A DNA stretch of 64,000 nucleotides, taken from NCBI GenBank assembly GCA_951406725.2, contig OX597825.1, positions 69,936,001 through 70,000,000 of the forward strand. The letters run 5' to 3'. The first letter of the stretch is position 1. Each line of letters opens with the position of its first letter. The notes under the pieces are model-generated. The model worked only from the letters and a program-made list of their open reading frames with translations, did no database searches and was not told the origin of the DNA. The position numbers and the translations under genes were made by a program. Shown here piece after piece: positions 42,003-54,986 of the stretch. The DNA comes from Octopus vulgaris (Eukaryota).

Positions 42003-42334
42003 TGACCCCCTTCGGTCAGACACTGACCATGGGTTTGCACCTAGAGAGTTACCCTCTGAGGTACAAGTCTGGGCAAGGTTGTTTTTTTTTTATGGAAGAC
42101 CAGCAGTCGCTCATGCATACCGGCCTCCTCTCTCCACGTCACCGATGTTGTCCAAGGGAAAGGCAAGGGCCGATACAGCTTGGCACCTGTGACGTCGCAA
42201 CTCATTTCTACAGCTGAGTGAACTGGAGCAACGTGAAATAAAGTGTCTTGCTCAAGAACACAACACGCAGCCCAGTCCGGGATTCGAGCTCACAACCTCA
42301 CGATCGTAAGCTCGACGCTCTAACCACTGAGCCA
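42003..42334 (-). mobile_element. SINE family G with tail 3
   Basis: Near-identical to 23945-24272. Confidence 0.9.
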
Positions 42335-43220
42335 CATTGAATTCTAACAGGACTACAACTAAGGATAGGTGACGTGGAGTCAATTAGATCGATCCCAATA
42401 CTCAATTGGAAGTTTAACGACTTGTGTTAAGAAACTCTCGGGATAGCTGAAAAGCAGGTCTTCAAAGAAGAAACCTACCCCAGGCAGGTATTTCGGCCGT
42501 AAATTTATCACCCTCTAAGGGAATCGAGCCGAATCTAGGACATGACTCCTGCGTGCTCTTCTGTCGACATTTTTCAACCTGCTGGATATCGGAGACGTGT
42601 GTGTTCAAGCCGTATGGAGATTTTGTTCGCAAGATATAGATGGATCTCGTCTCCGTTACCTCTGCTTTCAAACTTATGTTTGGAAATAACATTAGTAGTT
42701 AGGAGTCATAGTAGCGGTAAAATGTCATCAGTGTCAGCGCTGCTGCCAGCATGACCTGGAATTTCAACCGTGTTTCGTGGTCTGCTACCACAACAGCTCC
42801 TTTATAGGATCCAATTAGCTGAAGACATCATCAGAAGGAACCACATCCGGTTTCGGCCCCTAATCCTCTACCGTTTTGACGTGGCGCCCCCCTCCCCTCT
42901 TTCGGAGGTGTCTTCAGCTTCTGGTGTGGGGTGCGTGTCTTCTTTCTTCTGTTCCCTGGCCTCTTCGATGTATTGTCAAAATTAGTGATCGAGCAAAGTT
43001 TCTGCATTGAATAAATAGACAACACAAATTAATGTTTTCATTTCCTTTTATTTTTCTTTCATTTGAAAAACAATTTGAAAAACAAATTACACATTGCCGA
43101 ATGAAAAAAAGAAAAACGCATTTAAAATTAAATTTTGATTATAACAACTTCGGAAATGGAAAAATATTGGATTTTCAGGGCTTAAGCATAAAGACAGTGA
43201 AAGTCTTCTCAGGAATGATC

Positions 43221-44137
43221 TGGTCGATTATATCGACCCCAGTACGTAACTGGTACTTATTTAATCGACCCCGAAAGGATGAAAGGCAAAGTAGACATCG
43301 GCGGAATTTGAACTCAAAAACGTAACGGCAGACGAAATACCTATTTCTTTACTACCCACTAGGGGCTAAACACAGAGAGGACAAACAAGAACAGACAAAC
43401 GGATTAAGTCGGTTATATCGACCCCAGTGCGTAACTGGTACTTATTTAATCGACCCCGAAAGGATGAAAGGCAAAGTTGGCCTCGGCGAAATTTGAACTC
43501 AAAATGTAACGGCAGACGAAATACATATTTCTTTACAACACACAAGGGACTAAACACAGAGGGGACTAAACACAGAGGGGACAAACAAGGACAGACAAAC
43601 GGATTAAGTCGTTTATATCGACCCCAGTGCGTAACTGGTACTTAATTTATCGACCCCGAAAGGATGAAAGGCAAAGTAGACATCGGCGGAATTTGAACTC
43701 AAAAACGTAACGGCAGACGAAATACCTATTTCTTTACTACCCACTAGGGGCTAAACACAGAGAGGACAAACAAGGACAGACAAACGGATTAAGTCGATTA
43801 TATCGACCCCAGTGCGTAACTGGTACTTATTTAATCGACCCCGAAAGGATGAAAGGCAAAGTTGGCCTCGGCGAAATTTGAACTCAAAATGTAACGGCAG
43901 ACGAAATACATATTTCTTTACAACCCACAAGGGACTAAACACAGAGGGGACAAACAAGGACAGACAAACGGATTAAGTCGTTTATATCGACCCCAGTGCG
44001 TAACTGGTACTTAATTTATCGACCCCGAAAGGATGAAAGGAAAAGTCGACCTCGGTGGAATTTGAACTCAGAACGTAACGGAAGATGAAATACGGCTTCA
44101 CGTTTCGCCCGGCGTGCTAACATTTCTGCCAGCTCGT
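43221..44137 (-). repeat. Head-to-tail array of ~5 SINE B units with a 385-bp higher-order period
   Basis: Variant GTAGACATCGG at 43291 and 43676; variant GTTGGCCTCGG at 43476 and 43861. Confidence 0.95.
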
Positions 44138-44450
44138 TATGTGTGTGTTCTATGGTTTTAGACGTTATTCCTGTTGTTTTGAGAGCCACGTCAGCCTTAA
44201 CACACAGACATATAATCAAAATGTAATTAGGGTAGGAGAATCCCTTTGTAGGGCTATAGATGATTATATTCTTCAATGTCATTCCTGTTTTAAACCAGTT
44301 CAAATCTATTTGTGAGAAACCTGACTGCTATTTCTAGCAGGTCGTAAGACACTGTAGATCCTATCTATTTGACTTGAAGATATTTAATTAGCCACAGAAG
44401 CTATTTAGTCGGTAAATCTCAAATTTCATAAAGGAATTGTCTTTTACAGT

Positions 44451-44543
<93 letters not shown>

Positions 44544-44547
44544 TATT

Positions 44548-44595
<48 letters not shown>

Positions 44596-45300
44596 CATAT
44601 ATATATATATATATATATGGATATGCATATATATATATATATACATACATGGATATGCATATATATACATATGCATATAAATCTCTGTGTGTTGATATAT
44701 ATATATGTGTATATATATGCATATGTGTGTGTGTGCGTACTAAGGTATGTATATGTACTTTTGCCTTGGCATTTATTGATTTCTGTAACACCATTTCTTA
44801 ATAGAGATAAAATTTAATAGAAATCTATAAAACAATAGAGCATACAAGAAACGTCTTATATGTATAGAATACTGAATATTTGCCCTGGAAATATGGCTTA
44901 CTGCTTTGTAATGGAAGCCAAGAATTCATTCATATCTCTAACCTGTCAGAAATAATTTCTCTGCGGATAGGTGATTTGTAGACTCCAGTCGGAATGTATT
45001 ATATGCGCTCTTAACTCATACTAAATAGTGAATTTCTTGAGCGTAGCTAAATGACAATTTTACATAACTTACTACTAGTACCGGACACCATCAATAAAAA
45101 GTTATAAATCATATGAAGAAACTATGTAACTTTCTGAGCAAATGCTATCAATAAATTCTTCAAAATATCGAGAACGTAATGAAATGGTTTTCCCAGAGAT
45201 GAGGCCGAATGCTATTGTGTAATGAACGAGACCAACCAGGAACTACGCAATAAAACTGAAAGATTTTTCATACGTTTTTCTTTTAGTTTCTTCTCTATAT

Positions 45301-45354
<54 letters not shown>

Positions 45355-45529
45355 AATAAATAATCTTCTTTAGAAAAAGTCAATATTAATGAAGTCAGCA
45401 AGTTACAGAGAATTTTAGAGAAATAAAGAAAAAAACTATTGTGTGTGAAATTGGTAAATACTATGTTTGACACCGTCTCTTTCGCTTTCTGTATGTATAT
45501 ATGTATGCATGTATACATACATACATACA

Positions 45530-45565
<36 letters not shown>

Positions 45566-45645
45566 CATATATATATATATACAAATAGATATATTTATAT
45601 ATTTATATTTATATCTATACCCATATGTGTATATGTATATATATA

Positions 45646-45686
<41 letters not shown>

Positions 45687-46007
45687 AACATGCCCGCGCG
45701 TGTGTGTATGTGTGTGTGTGTTTCTTGGAGTTTTATTCAAGTTCTTATTAAAAGAGTTCAAGCCGGTCGCTAAAAGAAGTGACGAGACTATTTTAGTTAA
45801 GAGAATTCCCCTTGTTTTTAAATACGTGGCTGAGTTGATGTGTGATTTGAGCTGTCCATGCACAAATCCAAGTCCGTGCATTCATTCGTCTGAAGAATCT
45901 TTGATGTCTTACAAATCTTTGGAATGTCTTACAAATCTTAACCGTTGCGGTAATAGGTTTGGTTTGGAGAATACGCGTCAATTCCTATTGCACTTTCTTC
46001 CAAGAAC

Positions 46008-46494
46008 CTTGGAGTATAGTCCGCGCTTCAGTATAATACGCAGGAGATTTTTAGGGGGCTGTACCTCTGAAAAACCTAAACCTTGTGTATAAGACAAGTT
46101 GAGTCAAGGAGGTCTATATAACGTCCTTGGTTTGTAAAAATGTATACGGTAACGTCCGTTATTATTATTATATATATAACATAATGCAAACGTGTAGCTT
46201 TTTTGTGCATTTTGTTTGCAGAAAATAAAGAAATAACAGTAATAACAGTAATAATGTTTAATAAATGTTGCTTACTGCAAGTTATGGATGATCCTTTTAT
46301 GACTTTATTGCTTTCAGGCTTAGCTTCGGGTATTTTCGCGCTCGACATCACAAAATGCGCCTGAATAAACATTGCCGGTCAGCAAATAGAGACTCGGACA
46401 TTGCTTAGAAAATAATTTTCATTTTTAACCTCGTATATAGTACGCACTAGGGATTTTGGGAAAAAATGCGGATTATACTCGAGGATTTATTGTA
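46008..46494. mobile_element. pogo/Tigger-like non-autonomous DNA transposon remnant
   Basis: Left CCTTGGAGTATAGTCCGC...GTATAATACGCA is inverted relative to right TGCGGATTATACTCGAGGATTTATTGTA. Confidence 0.55.
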
Positions 46495-47739
46495 TTTCTT
46501 TTCAGAATACAAGAGCCTAATTTCCGCAGTAATTCACCATAGATGTTTTTTTCCTGAGTATTGATGATACATTCACATCCGTTGTATGTATGTATGTATG
46601 TGTGTATGTATGTATGTATGTATGGATGGATGGATGGATGGATGGATGGATGGATGGATGGATGGATGGATGGACGTATGTATGTATATATATGTATTTA
46701 TGCTTGTATGTATGCATCTATTATGTATGTATGATGGGTTTCATCCCAATTTCCATTTACCAATTTAGGCCACGAGGCATTTGCCTCCCTGGAGCGGTAG
46801 TACTTGGCTAAGGAGCTAGACAGTGGGACTGAACACAAAACCACGTGGCGGCAAAGTGAGATTTTAACCACACAGACATACTTGCGTCTTTTCGGAAAAA
46901 TAAGAGTAAGTTGATATGCGGAGGTGTGACCACTTCTGATCAAACATATACTATATTTACATTAACGACTTGGAAATAAAGTAAATCAATCAGGAGAACA
47001 AGAACTACAATTCCAGCACAAATAATTTCTATAATTTGGTACATAATTCAAACCATTGATACGGAATGAGAGGAACGTAGTTGAGATTTTCTGAACGTTG
47101 CCAAGCAGAAAAATTTGTAACATACGTTAGGAGACTTCACTTACTGAATGCATATTTCGATAGATTTCTTAGTGAGAAAATAATCGGAAGTGTTTGTCTC
47201 TTAGTCTGAGAGATTTATAGCAGCTGTCGATAATATGTTTAAAGTGTCCGTCTTGTTTGTTTTCATGCTAGGAAGATACAAAGCTGTTAAAATATTCTAT
47301 AATTCCTAATATGATTATAGGAATATGATTTCAATCGGAAATCACTTGAAGAGATAACTTAAGTATACAATACATACAAATACACATACACAAAATGTTT
47401 TGTAGAGAGAGTTTTAAGTAGACTGCTAATTACACAAAATATTAATCACCTAAATTATAAATTAAATAATTGTGATTAATATTTCATATGGTATTTCTAG
47501 AAACGAATATATAATCAATGAATAAATATTATATCAGAGTTGTTTAATTAAACATACTTAATTAGGAAGACGAGGAATAATTATTCAGCTAACTAACCGT
47601 GCGCTAGCACATACCCTAACTCCATAGCACACATTTATAAATCTATACATGTTCTCTTCTATTGTTCATTGTTTTGAAATCTTCCTGTTCGGTAGGAACT
47701 TCTTTCTTACAAAGATACAAAGCTTTTTCATTGGAATGT

Positions 47740-49480
47740 TGATAACAAAAGCCAATTCACATTTTAAACTTGAGAAAGTCATGCATATTTTTACTGTTCC
47801 TCTTGCAGAATATATATTTCTAATGTTCTTTTTAGTTGGTTGATTTCTTCTTCTGAAAATCCTATCTTGTCAAGATCGTGACTCAAGCATATGTATGTAT
47901 GTATGTATGTTTGTATGTATGTATGTATGTATGTATGTATGTATGTATGTATGTATGTATGTATGTATGTTTGTATGTATGTATGTATTTATGTATGTAT
48001 GTATGTATGTATGTATGTATGTATGTATGTATGTATGTATGTATGTATGTATGTATGTATTATGTATATATGTATGTACGCCTGTATTCAGTTTTACTTC
48101 AAGATTCCTTGCTAATAGATAAAGAGCCAGTTTCTAACCGAGATCTTAGGGTCCTTCATTGGAATTTCAACACAAGCATGGTGTATTTTAAGTATGTATG
48201 TACGTATACGTGCAGATTTGTATGCCTTGCTTTGTGTGTGTCTTCTCATGCATATACTTGCATATCTAAACATGCACATGATAAACTATTGTATGTATGT
48301 ATGTATGTATGTATGTATGTATGTATGTATGTATGTATGTATGTATGTATGTATGTATGTATGTATGTATGTCTCCTCTCCTTTTTAAATAATTATTAGA
48401 AATCTTCCTGTAAGGAAGAAGCTGTTTTCTAATAAAGATACTGAACTCCATTGCTGAAATTTAGATAGCAAAAACGTCACATTTTTAAGTGTTTTCGGAT
48501 TGTATTAAGATCATCAGGAAGATGATTCCTGCTGAGAAGCTCACCGCCGACACATAGGCTGCTGTTCTCTTCACTTTTCAACATTAAGTTTATGTATTTA
48601 TTTTTGCTGGTGTTTAGAAGCTGCTGAGAGATAGTATGCAACATTCGAAGACATTGTACTGATTTCAAACCACTAACTCCTTCATCTCTTCTCAGGTAGA
48701 GCTTGTCGGTAACATTGTTTCTGTGGAAGATTCCAGATGATGTCAGGATCTTGCGGGGTTCTTTATCTCTAAAGAGTAGATTTCTTTTAAAGATTTGCCA
48801 TGTATCTCAAATGTTAGTATCAGCACTTTATCGCAAATGCATTTTGGAATATTGTTTTGTAAGAGTTGAGCTCCGTCTTCCATATTTCTCTAAGTCTCAT
48901 GTAATATGCTCAGTATGTTTATTAGAAAACAGCTTCTTCCTTACAAGAAGATTTCAAATAATTATTAAAAGTAGAGGAGGCATCTAAACATTCTATCTAT
49001 ATTCACAATACCTTCGTATTATATATCTTCATAAATGTCTAGATATTTGTAGCATTCTTTATGTAAAACAGGAGGAATATAGAGACGGTAGATACAAAAG
49101 TTAAGGTTCTGTGGAAATGATTTTCCAGTTCAACCATCAGATTCGAACATTTCTTTCGGCCAAGTTCCATTCCTGTCAAATGAAAATATTATCAACTTCA
49201 GCTGTTTTGGGATTGCAAATATTTTTAGCATAGCTCTTAGGATATCTTCATAGAAATTGTTGGCTACATTGGTATCTCTTGCATTTGCAAACTCTATCAT
49301 ATAGCGATGGATATTTGGATATTTGTAACAGAAACAAAGCTGATTTAATGCCAAAATATACAAAATTATCGAAAGGTATCCTCCTGGAATATATCTTTTG
49401 AAATATATTTATCATCGCAGACTACCATTCCAGTTTCAACTGTATAAGGATTGTTGCCCATTTGTGAGACTTTCAATGAT
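47740..49480 (-). pseudogene. R4/Dong-like non-LTR reverse transcriptase remnant, interrupted by (TATG)n
   Basis: YKYLDIYE, DKEPRKILTSSGIFHRNNVTDKLYLRRDEGVSGL (cf. DxKTRKxLT...RLYLPRxEGGRGL) and C-terminal GTVKIC. Confidence 0.75.
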
Positions 49481-49649
49481 ACAACAAATGTAGTAAGCAC
49501 GTTTACCAAGTACAGAAAGACCAGCAACCTTGAGTGGAGAATGGAATCGAACGATTTAATGTAATCAAGTTACACTGTTACTAAACATCTGAGACGACGT
49601 CTCCTTACTTCAAACAGTATAGCTTCGATACCAAAAGCTCTTCAATTTA

Positions 49650-49954
49650 ACCCCACACGCCATTATTTGCCATATCGCCATAAAGTATCGGAAATGATTG
49701 TCTGAATATTTCTACGACTTCGCCAAGTTCTAGCTTTATAATTTCCCCGATTGTAATCCTATGGATTATTATGTGTGAGGCGTGGTTGAGAAAGGCACCT
49801 ACAGCTTGTCCGGAAACACCAAGGCCGAGGTGGTGACCAAGATCAAAGAGGTGCTCCAAGATACCTCCAGAGACTTTGTGAGGAACGCATGCTCCAGGGA
49901 CCGAAGCCGTCTTGAGGGTCATGCGGTGGAAACTGAGGGCGGCTACTTTGAGTA
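49650..49954 (+). pseudogene. DD37D/maT-like transposase C-terminal remnant
   Basis: PDCNPMDYYV*GVVEK...NTKAEVVTKIKEV...RNACSR..RLE...EGGYFE*. Confidence 0.82.
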
Positions 49955-50190
49955 ATCCGTTATTTCCTAGCCTTAATCAAGATGATAGTTCTTGAGTTTT
50001 TTAAAATATATAATTCTTAATGTAACCAAGAAATTTGTTTTGCTGCACGTAGCGTTGCATTAAGTAATGAGTTAAAAAGCATATATATATATATATGTAA
50101 AATAATATGTGACAATTATTCAGTAGCCAAGATAAAACTCTATTTACATAATATTGAGGTCTCTTTCTTTCTTTTATCTTACCGTTTTTA

Positions 50191-50231
<41 letters not shown>

Positions 50232-50381
50232 TAATAATAAATATTAGGGAATAAATCCAAACTTACAGGGAAAAATCAGATTTAGGATTGAATCCAATTT
50301 TATAGTACAATATTATATTGTATTAAATTAGAGATAAAACCACTATCATTGATTAAACCTCGCCAAGTTAAATATTTAAAC

Positions 50382-50445
50382 CACCTGATGAATGACTGTA
50401 ACTCGAAAATTTAAAGAAATTAACAGCCATGAAACGATCGTAGTG
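50382..50445 (+). ncRNA. Hammerhead ribozyme motif, canonical core
   Basis: cac-CTGATGA-atgactgt...acagccat-GAAAC-gatc-GTA-gtg. Stem III is the palindrome ACGATCGT; flanked by a 31-bp inverted repeat. Confidence 0.8.
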
Positions 50446-50577
50446 TTATATTAATTATATTTTTTTAAATAATTTTGTTATATATTTAAATAATATAAAT
50501 TAAATAATCTTATGTATTGGCTGAAGTTTTTCATTGTATGATTTGCCTAATAGTGGTTTTATCTCTAATTTAATATA

Positions 50578-50612
<35 letters not shown>

Positions 50613-50627
50613 TAGATAGATAGATTC

Positions 50628-50702
<75 letters not shown>

Positions 50703-50725
50703 GTACACAGACATATGTATACATT

Positions 50726-50840
<115 letters not shown>

Positions 50841-51404
50841 GCAATAGTTAATTCACTATTAGCGCAGAAAATGTTAAATATAAATTAATACGTGTGTATT
50901 TAGGAAAAGATATTAGATCAGTCCAAAATTTCATTTTAATTATTTCTACAAGTAACGAAGATCAATTACGCGTGATCGACTTCAGCGAAACAAATTTCAA
51001 GATACCTGAGGAAGTAGCTATGGAAAGAAATCTTTAATTAGATGCCTAATATCACATACGGCTATAAGTATATTTAAAGAAACTAATCGGTGAGTTTAGA
51101 GATGGAATCTACGAAGAAAAAAATAGAATATAGCGATCTTATAATTAATTTGTTTAATGTCACAGGCATTACATACAAGATTAGAAGCCATAGGCGTTGT
51201 GTAAAATAAAACGTTAATACATAAAGAAAGGTATTTTTAATCATTGCGTTAAATAATTTCGCGAAGTAAATATCTGTTAAATTTTTCCTACTCAGCAAAA
51301 TGTAATTATTAGCATTTTCATTATGATTATTATCATTACAACTGTTACTATCACTTCAACAATAACAATAACAGCATCAACAACAACCATTACTCCTCCT
51401 CCTC

Positions 51405-51456
<52 letters not shown>

Positions 51457-51697
51457 GACGACGACGACGACGACGACGACGACTACTACTACTACTACTA
51501 CTACTAATGGAAAATACAACGTAAATGCATAGCTAATGGTATTTTTAAACACTTCGTATAATTTTCTGAATTTTATTAGTTTTTATTCTTCCTTCAAATC
51601 TAATAACAAATCCACACAATAATAATAACAATAATAATAATAAAATATAATAATAATGATAATAATAATGATAATAATAATGATAATAATAATAATG

Positions 51698-51777
<80 letters not shown>

Positions 51778-52421
51778 GAGGAGGAGGAGGAGAAGGAGAA
51801 GAAGAAGAAGAAGAAGAAGAAGAAGAAGAAGAAGAAGAAGAAAAAGAAGAAGAAGAAGAATGATAATAATAATAATAATATTGCAGTACCAGGCAGTGGC
51901 TCTCATGGCTTCTGATCTTAACTGGTTGGAAGTGTTATCATGTACATTGTTATGTATTGGGATAAGAGATGGGCTACAGCAAATATTCTGCTCAATACCA
52001 CAGATTTGCTTGTCAGTTGTTTGACCTGAACCAGTTGACCATGTCCCTTAGTGGCTGACGATATGTGCAGCTCTGATCACAAGCAGAAGTAGTGGGGGAT
52101 CATCATAGCCGTGTGTTGAAAAGAATTCTTAGAGGTTTGGATAATTCACCTCTGGAAACATGGGTGGTTCGTTCAACATCCTTAAACAACCCTTTGAGCG
52201 GGATGGGCAACTCGACCAGAAGAAAATTCTAACTGGGCCCCACCTGCAAGGTCATGTGCTGTTTATCTTGATATGAGATCACCATGTGGCGCATATATGG
52301 TTGTGATGAATGTGCCTAGTGTACCCTTATCAGACGGGTAGTCATGATGGGTATACTGAGCTTCGAATATATTACCCCAGTGTCACTTTGATGGCATGCA
52401 CTACTCTCTCACTCAATAATG

Positions 52422-52502
<81 letters not shown>

Positions 52503-52519
52503 GCAACAACAATACTACT

Positions 52520-53224
52520 ACACATAGATTCAACAATAAAGCAGCAATTGACAACGGCGTTAGAATGCTGTCCAAAGACAAGTCTTGACAGAGAGGAAGT
52601 GAGCCTAATTAAAAGCCAACAATGGCTCAAAAAGCTCTGGACAGAAAAGCCAAACGGAAGGACTGATACTCGCTGCACAAGACCAATGCCTGACTACAGG
52701 CCCCAACACCAAATGTAGAATGTGCAACCAGCACAATGAGACAGTTGGCCACAACATCTCGGGCTGCCCAATCCTTGCCAAGTCTGGGTATATATATATA
52801 CAGACACGACAAAGTAAGCAGTTATATCCACTGGACAATATATTTCTTTACTACCCACAAGGGGCTAAACACAGAGGGTACAAACAAGGACATACAAAGG
52901 GATTGAGTCGATTACATCGACCCCAGAGCATAACTGGTACTTAATTTATCGACCCCGAAAGGATGAAAGGCAAAGTCGACTTCGGCAGAATTTGAACTCG
53001 GAACGTAACGACAGAAGAAATACGGCTACGCATTTCGCCCGGGGTGCTAACAATTCTGCCAGCTCGCCGCCTTATATCCACTGGACAATAAGCCAATATT
53101 AGAACATTAAAACTGACAATAGGTGGTATAAGCATGTGCCAAACAGGGTAAAAGACGATGACCAAGCCATAATCATCTGGGATATGCCAGTTCAAACCGA
53201 CAAAGGAATATAAGATAATCACCC

Positions 53225-53225
<1 letters not shown>
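52520..53225 (+). pseudogene. R4/Dong-like LINE fragment (zinc-knuckle/RLE region) split by a SINE
   Basis: TEGLILAAQDQCL..KCRMCNQHNETVGHNISGCPILA..Y..RHDKV..YIHW....IIWDMPVQTDK...HPD. Confidence 0.85.
52841..53071 (-). mobile_element. SINE family B with 19-bp target-site duplication
   Basis: TTATATCCACTGGACAATA at 52822-52840 and 53072-53090. Confidence 0.95.
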
Positions 53226-53257
<32 letters not shown>

Positions 53258-53259
<2 letters not shown>

Positions 53260-53447
53260 AGAAGAAGAAGAAGAAGAAGAAGAAGAAGAAGAAGAAGAAG
53301 AAGAAGAAGAAGAAGAAGAAGAAGAAGAAGAAGAAGAAGAAGAAGAAGAAGAAGAAGAAGAAGAAGAAGAAGAAGAAGAAGAAGAAGAAGAAGAAGAAGA
53401 AGAAGAAGAAGAAGAAGAAGAAGAAGAAGAAGAAGAAGAAGAAGAAG
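53258..53447. repeat. Perfect (GAA)n, ~63 units
   Basis: Directly visible. Confidence 0.99.
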
Positions 53448-53619
53448 ACTAACATGCAAAATCGTGGATGCGATATGATCATTTGTCGATATTCCACTTG
53501 CAACATATCCTGGAAATGATATTATCAGTTTTAACTCATAGCATGTAAAGTCAGTGTGTTCAAAAAGAGAAAGAGCCTTTTATCACACTGTATGTATGTA
53601 TGCATGTTTTTATTTTTTT

Positions 53620-53932
53620 TCTCGCCCTTTTCAAGCCTAGCCAGTCCCATGGGCCCAGTATCCCGGTTTCTGTGGCGTATGTGCGCCCCCCGCCCCCAGC
53701 TGGACGGGACGCCAGTCCATCGCAGCGTTACTCAAGAAACAGGAAGAGAGAGTGAGAGAAAGTTGTGGCGAAAGAATACAACAGGGGTGGCCACCTCTCC
53801 ATGCCGGAGCCTCGTGGATCTTTTAGGTGTTTTTGCTCAATAAACACACACAACGCCCGGTCTGGGAATCGAAACCGCTATCCTCCGACAGCAATTCCGC
53901 TGCCTTAACCGCAGGGCTATTGCACCTCCACA
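53620..53932 (-). mobile_element. SINE family E with tail 1
   Basis: Reverse-complement match to 22489-22795. Confidence 0.88.
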
Positions 53933-53943
53933 TGTATGTATGC

Positions 53944-54049
<106 letters not shown>

Positions 54050-54499
54050 TATGCATGTATAATATACGACAGATAGTCAGACCGGCAAATACATTGAAAG
54101 ATATGGTGTGTAATTTTCGTGGAGTTAATATTGATTTGCAGTAACAATTAGACTCAGAATCCCACATTTCATCATTTATGGCTTTGGAAATGTGTAGTGT
54201 TTGTGTGTGTCTGTATGTGTATGTCTGTATGTGTGTGTATATTTGTGAGTGTGTGTGTATTTGTACAGACACACCCACAGACATATACATACATACATAC
54301 ATATGTGTGCGTGTGTGTGTGTGTGTGTGAGTGTGTCTTTGTGCGTGTGTGTATTCATATAGAAACCCACAGACATGTGCATATATACATGTGTACGTGT
54401 ATAGAGCCATCAGGTGAGGTCCAAGACTGCTCAATATAGTAGTGCTCAAATGATAACAAGTTACACTCCGAAATCTTTATCGAGGACTGACCCCGGTGG

Positions 54500-54883
54500 T
54501 TAAAGAGTAGCCCTAAGAGGAACACAGGTTAGCAGATATGAAGATAATGACGTAAATACATAAATTAGCACACTTGGGTTTGATATATAAAGCACCAGCA
54601 CTATGACCAATCACATACATCTAGCTGGCATTCAATTGGCGTATCAAGTTTCGGGCATTTTGATTGGGTTTTGTATAGAAAATTCACTAAAAAGTGACTT
54701 CTATCGACTTTTTAATGGCTTTGCGGGGTGACTGGGGAAATGTAAAGATGCGCAGGAACACCCTTGGACGGTTTTAAATAACCATAGAAAGTGTGAGCCC
54801 TCTAACTGAAAAATTGTGGATTTGTATAAAGAACACACACACACACACACACACAGACATTTTGCCGTTTATATATAGAGAGA
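54500..54883 (-). mobile_element. Probable non-autonomous Helitron 5' portion
   Basis: Minus strand begins A|TCTCTCTATATATAAACGGCAAAATGTCTGTGTGTG, a typical Helitron-N 5' end. The 3' end was not located. Confidence 0.5.
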
Positions 54884-54986
54884 TACGTGTATATACAAAC
54901 ATAAATATATATATAAGGATATACAAAGAGGGAAACACAATTGGAAATATTCAGAAGATGTGCATTCATGTAGAAACATGTAGATA

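Noticed and set aside
43221-44137. CRISPR-like regular array
   Set aside because: Units are ~185-200-bp SINE copies with no unique spacers; eukaryotic context with no cas genes.
45700-46092. 130-aa ORF with non-repetitive sequence
   Set aside because: Starts in a TG tract, ends in a transposon end and has no recognisable motif; cannot be supported as an exon without BLAST or RNA-seq.
52050-52140. CTGACGA...GAA-AAGAATTCTT-A hammerhead-like arrangement
   Set aside because: The stem III palindrome fits, but stem I cannot form and stem II is weak.
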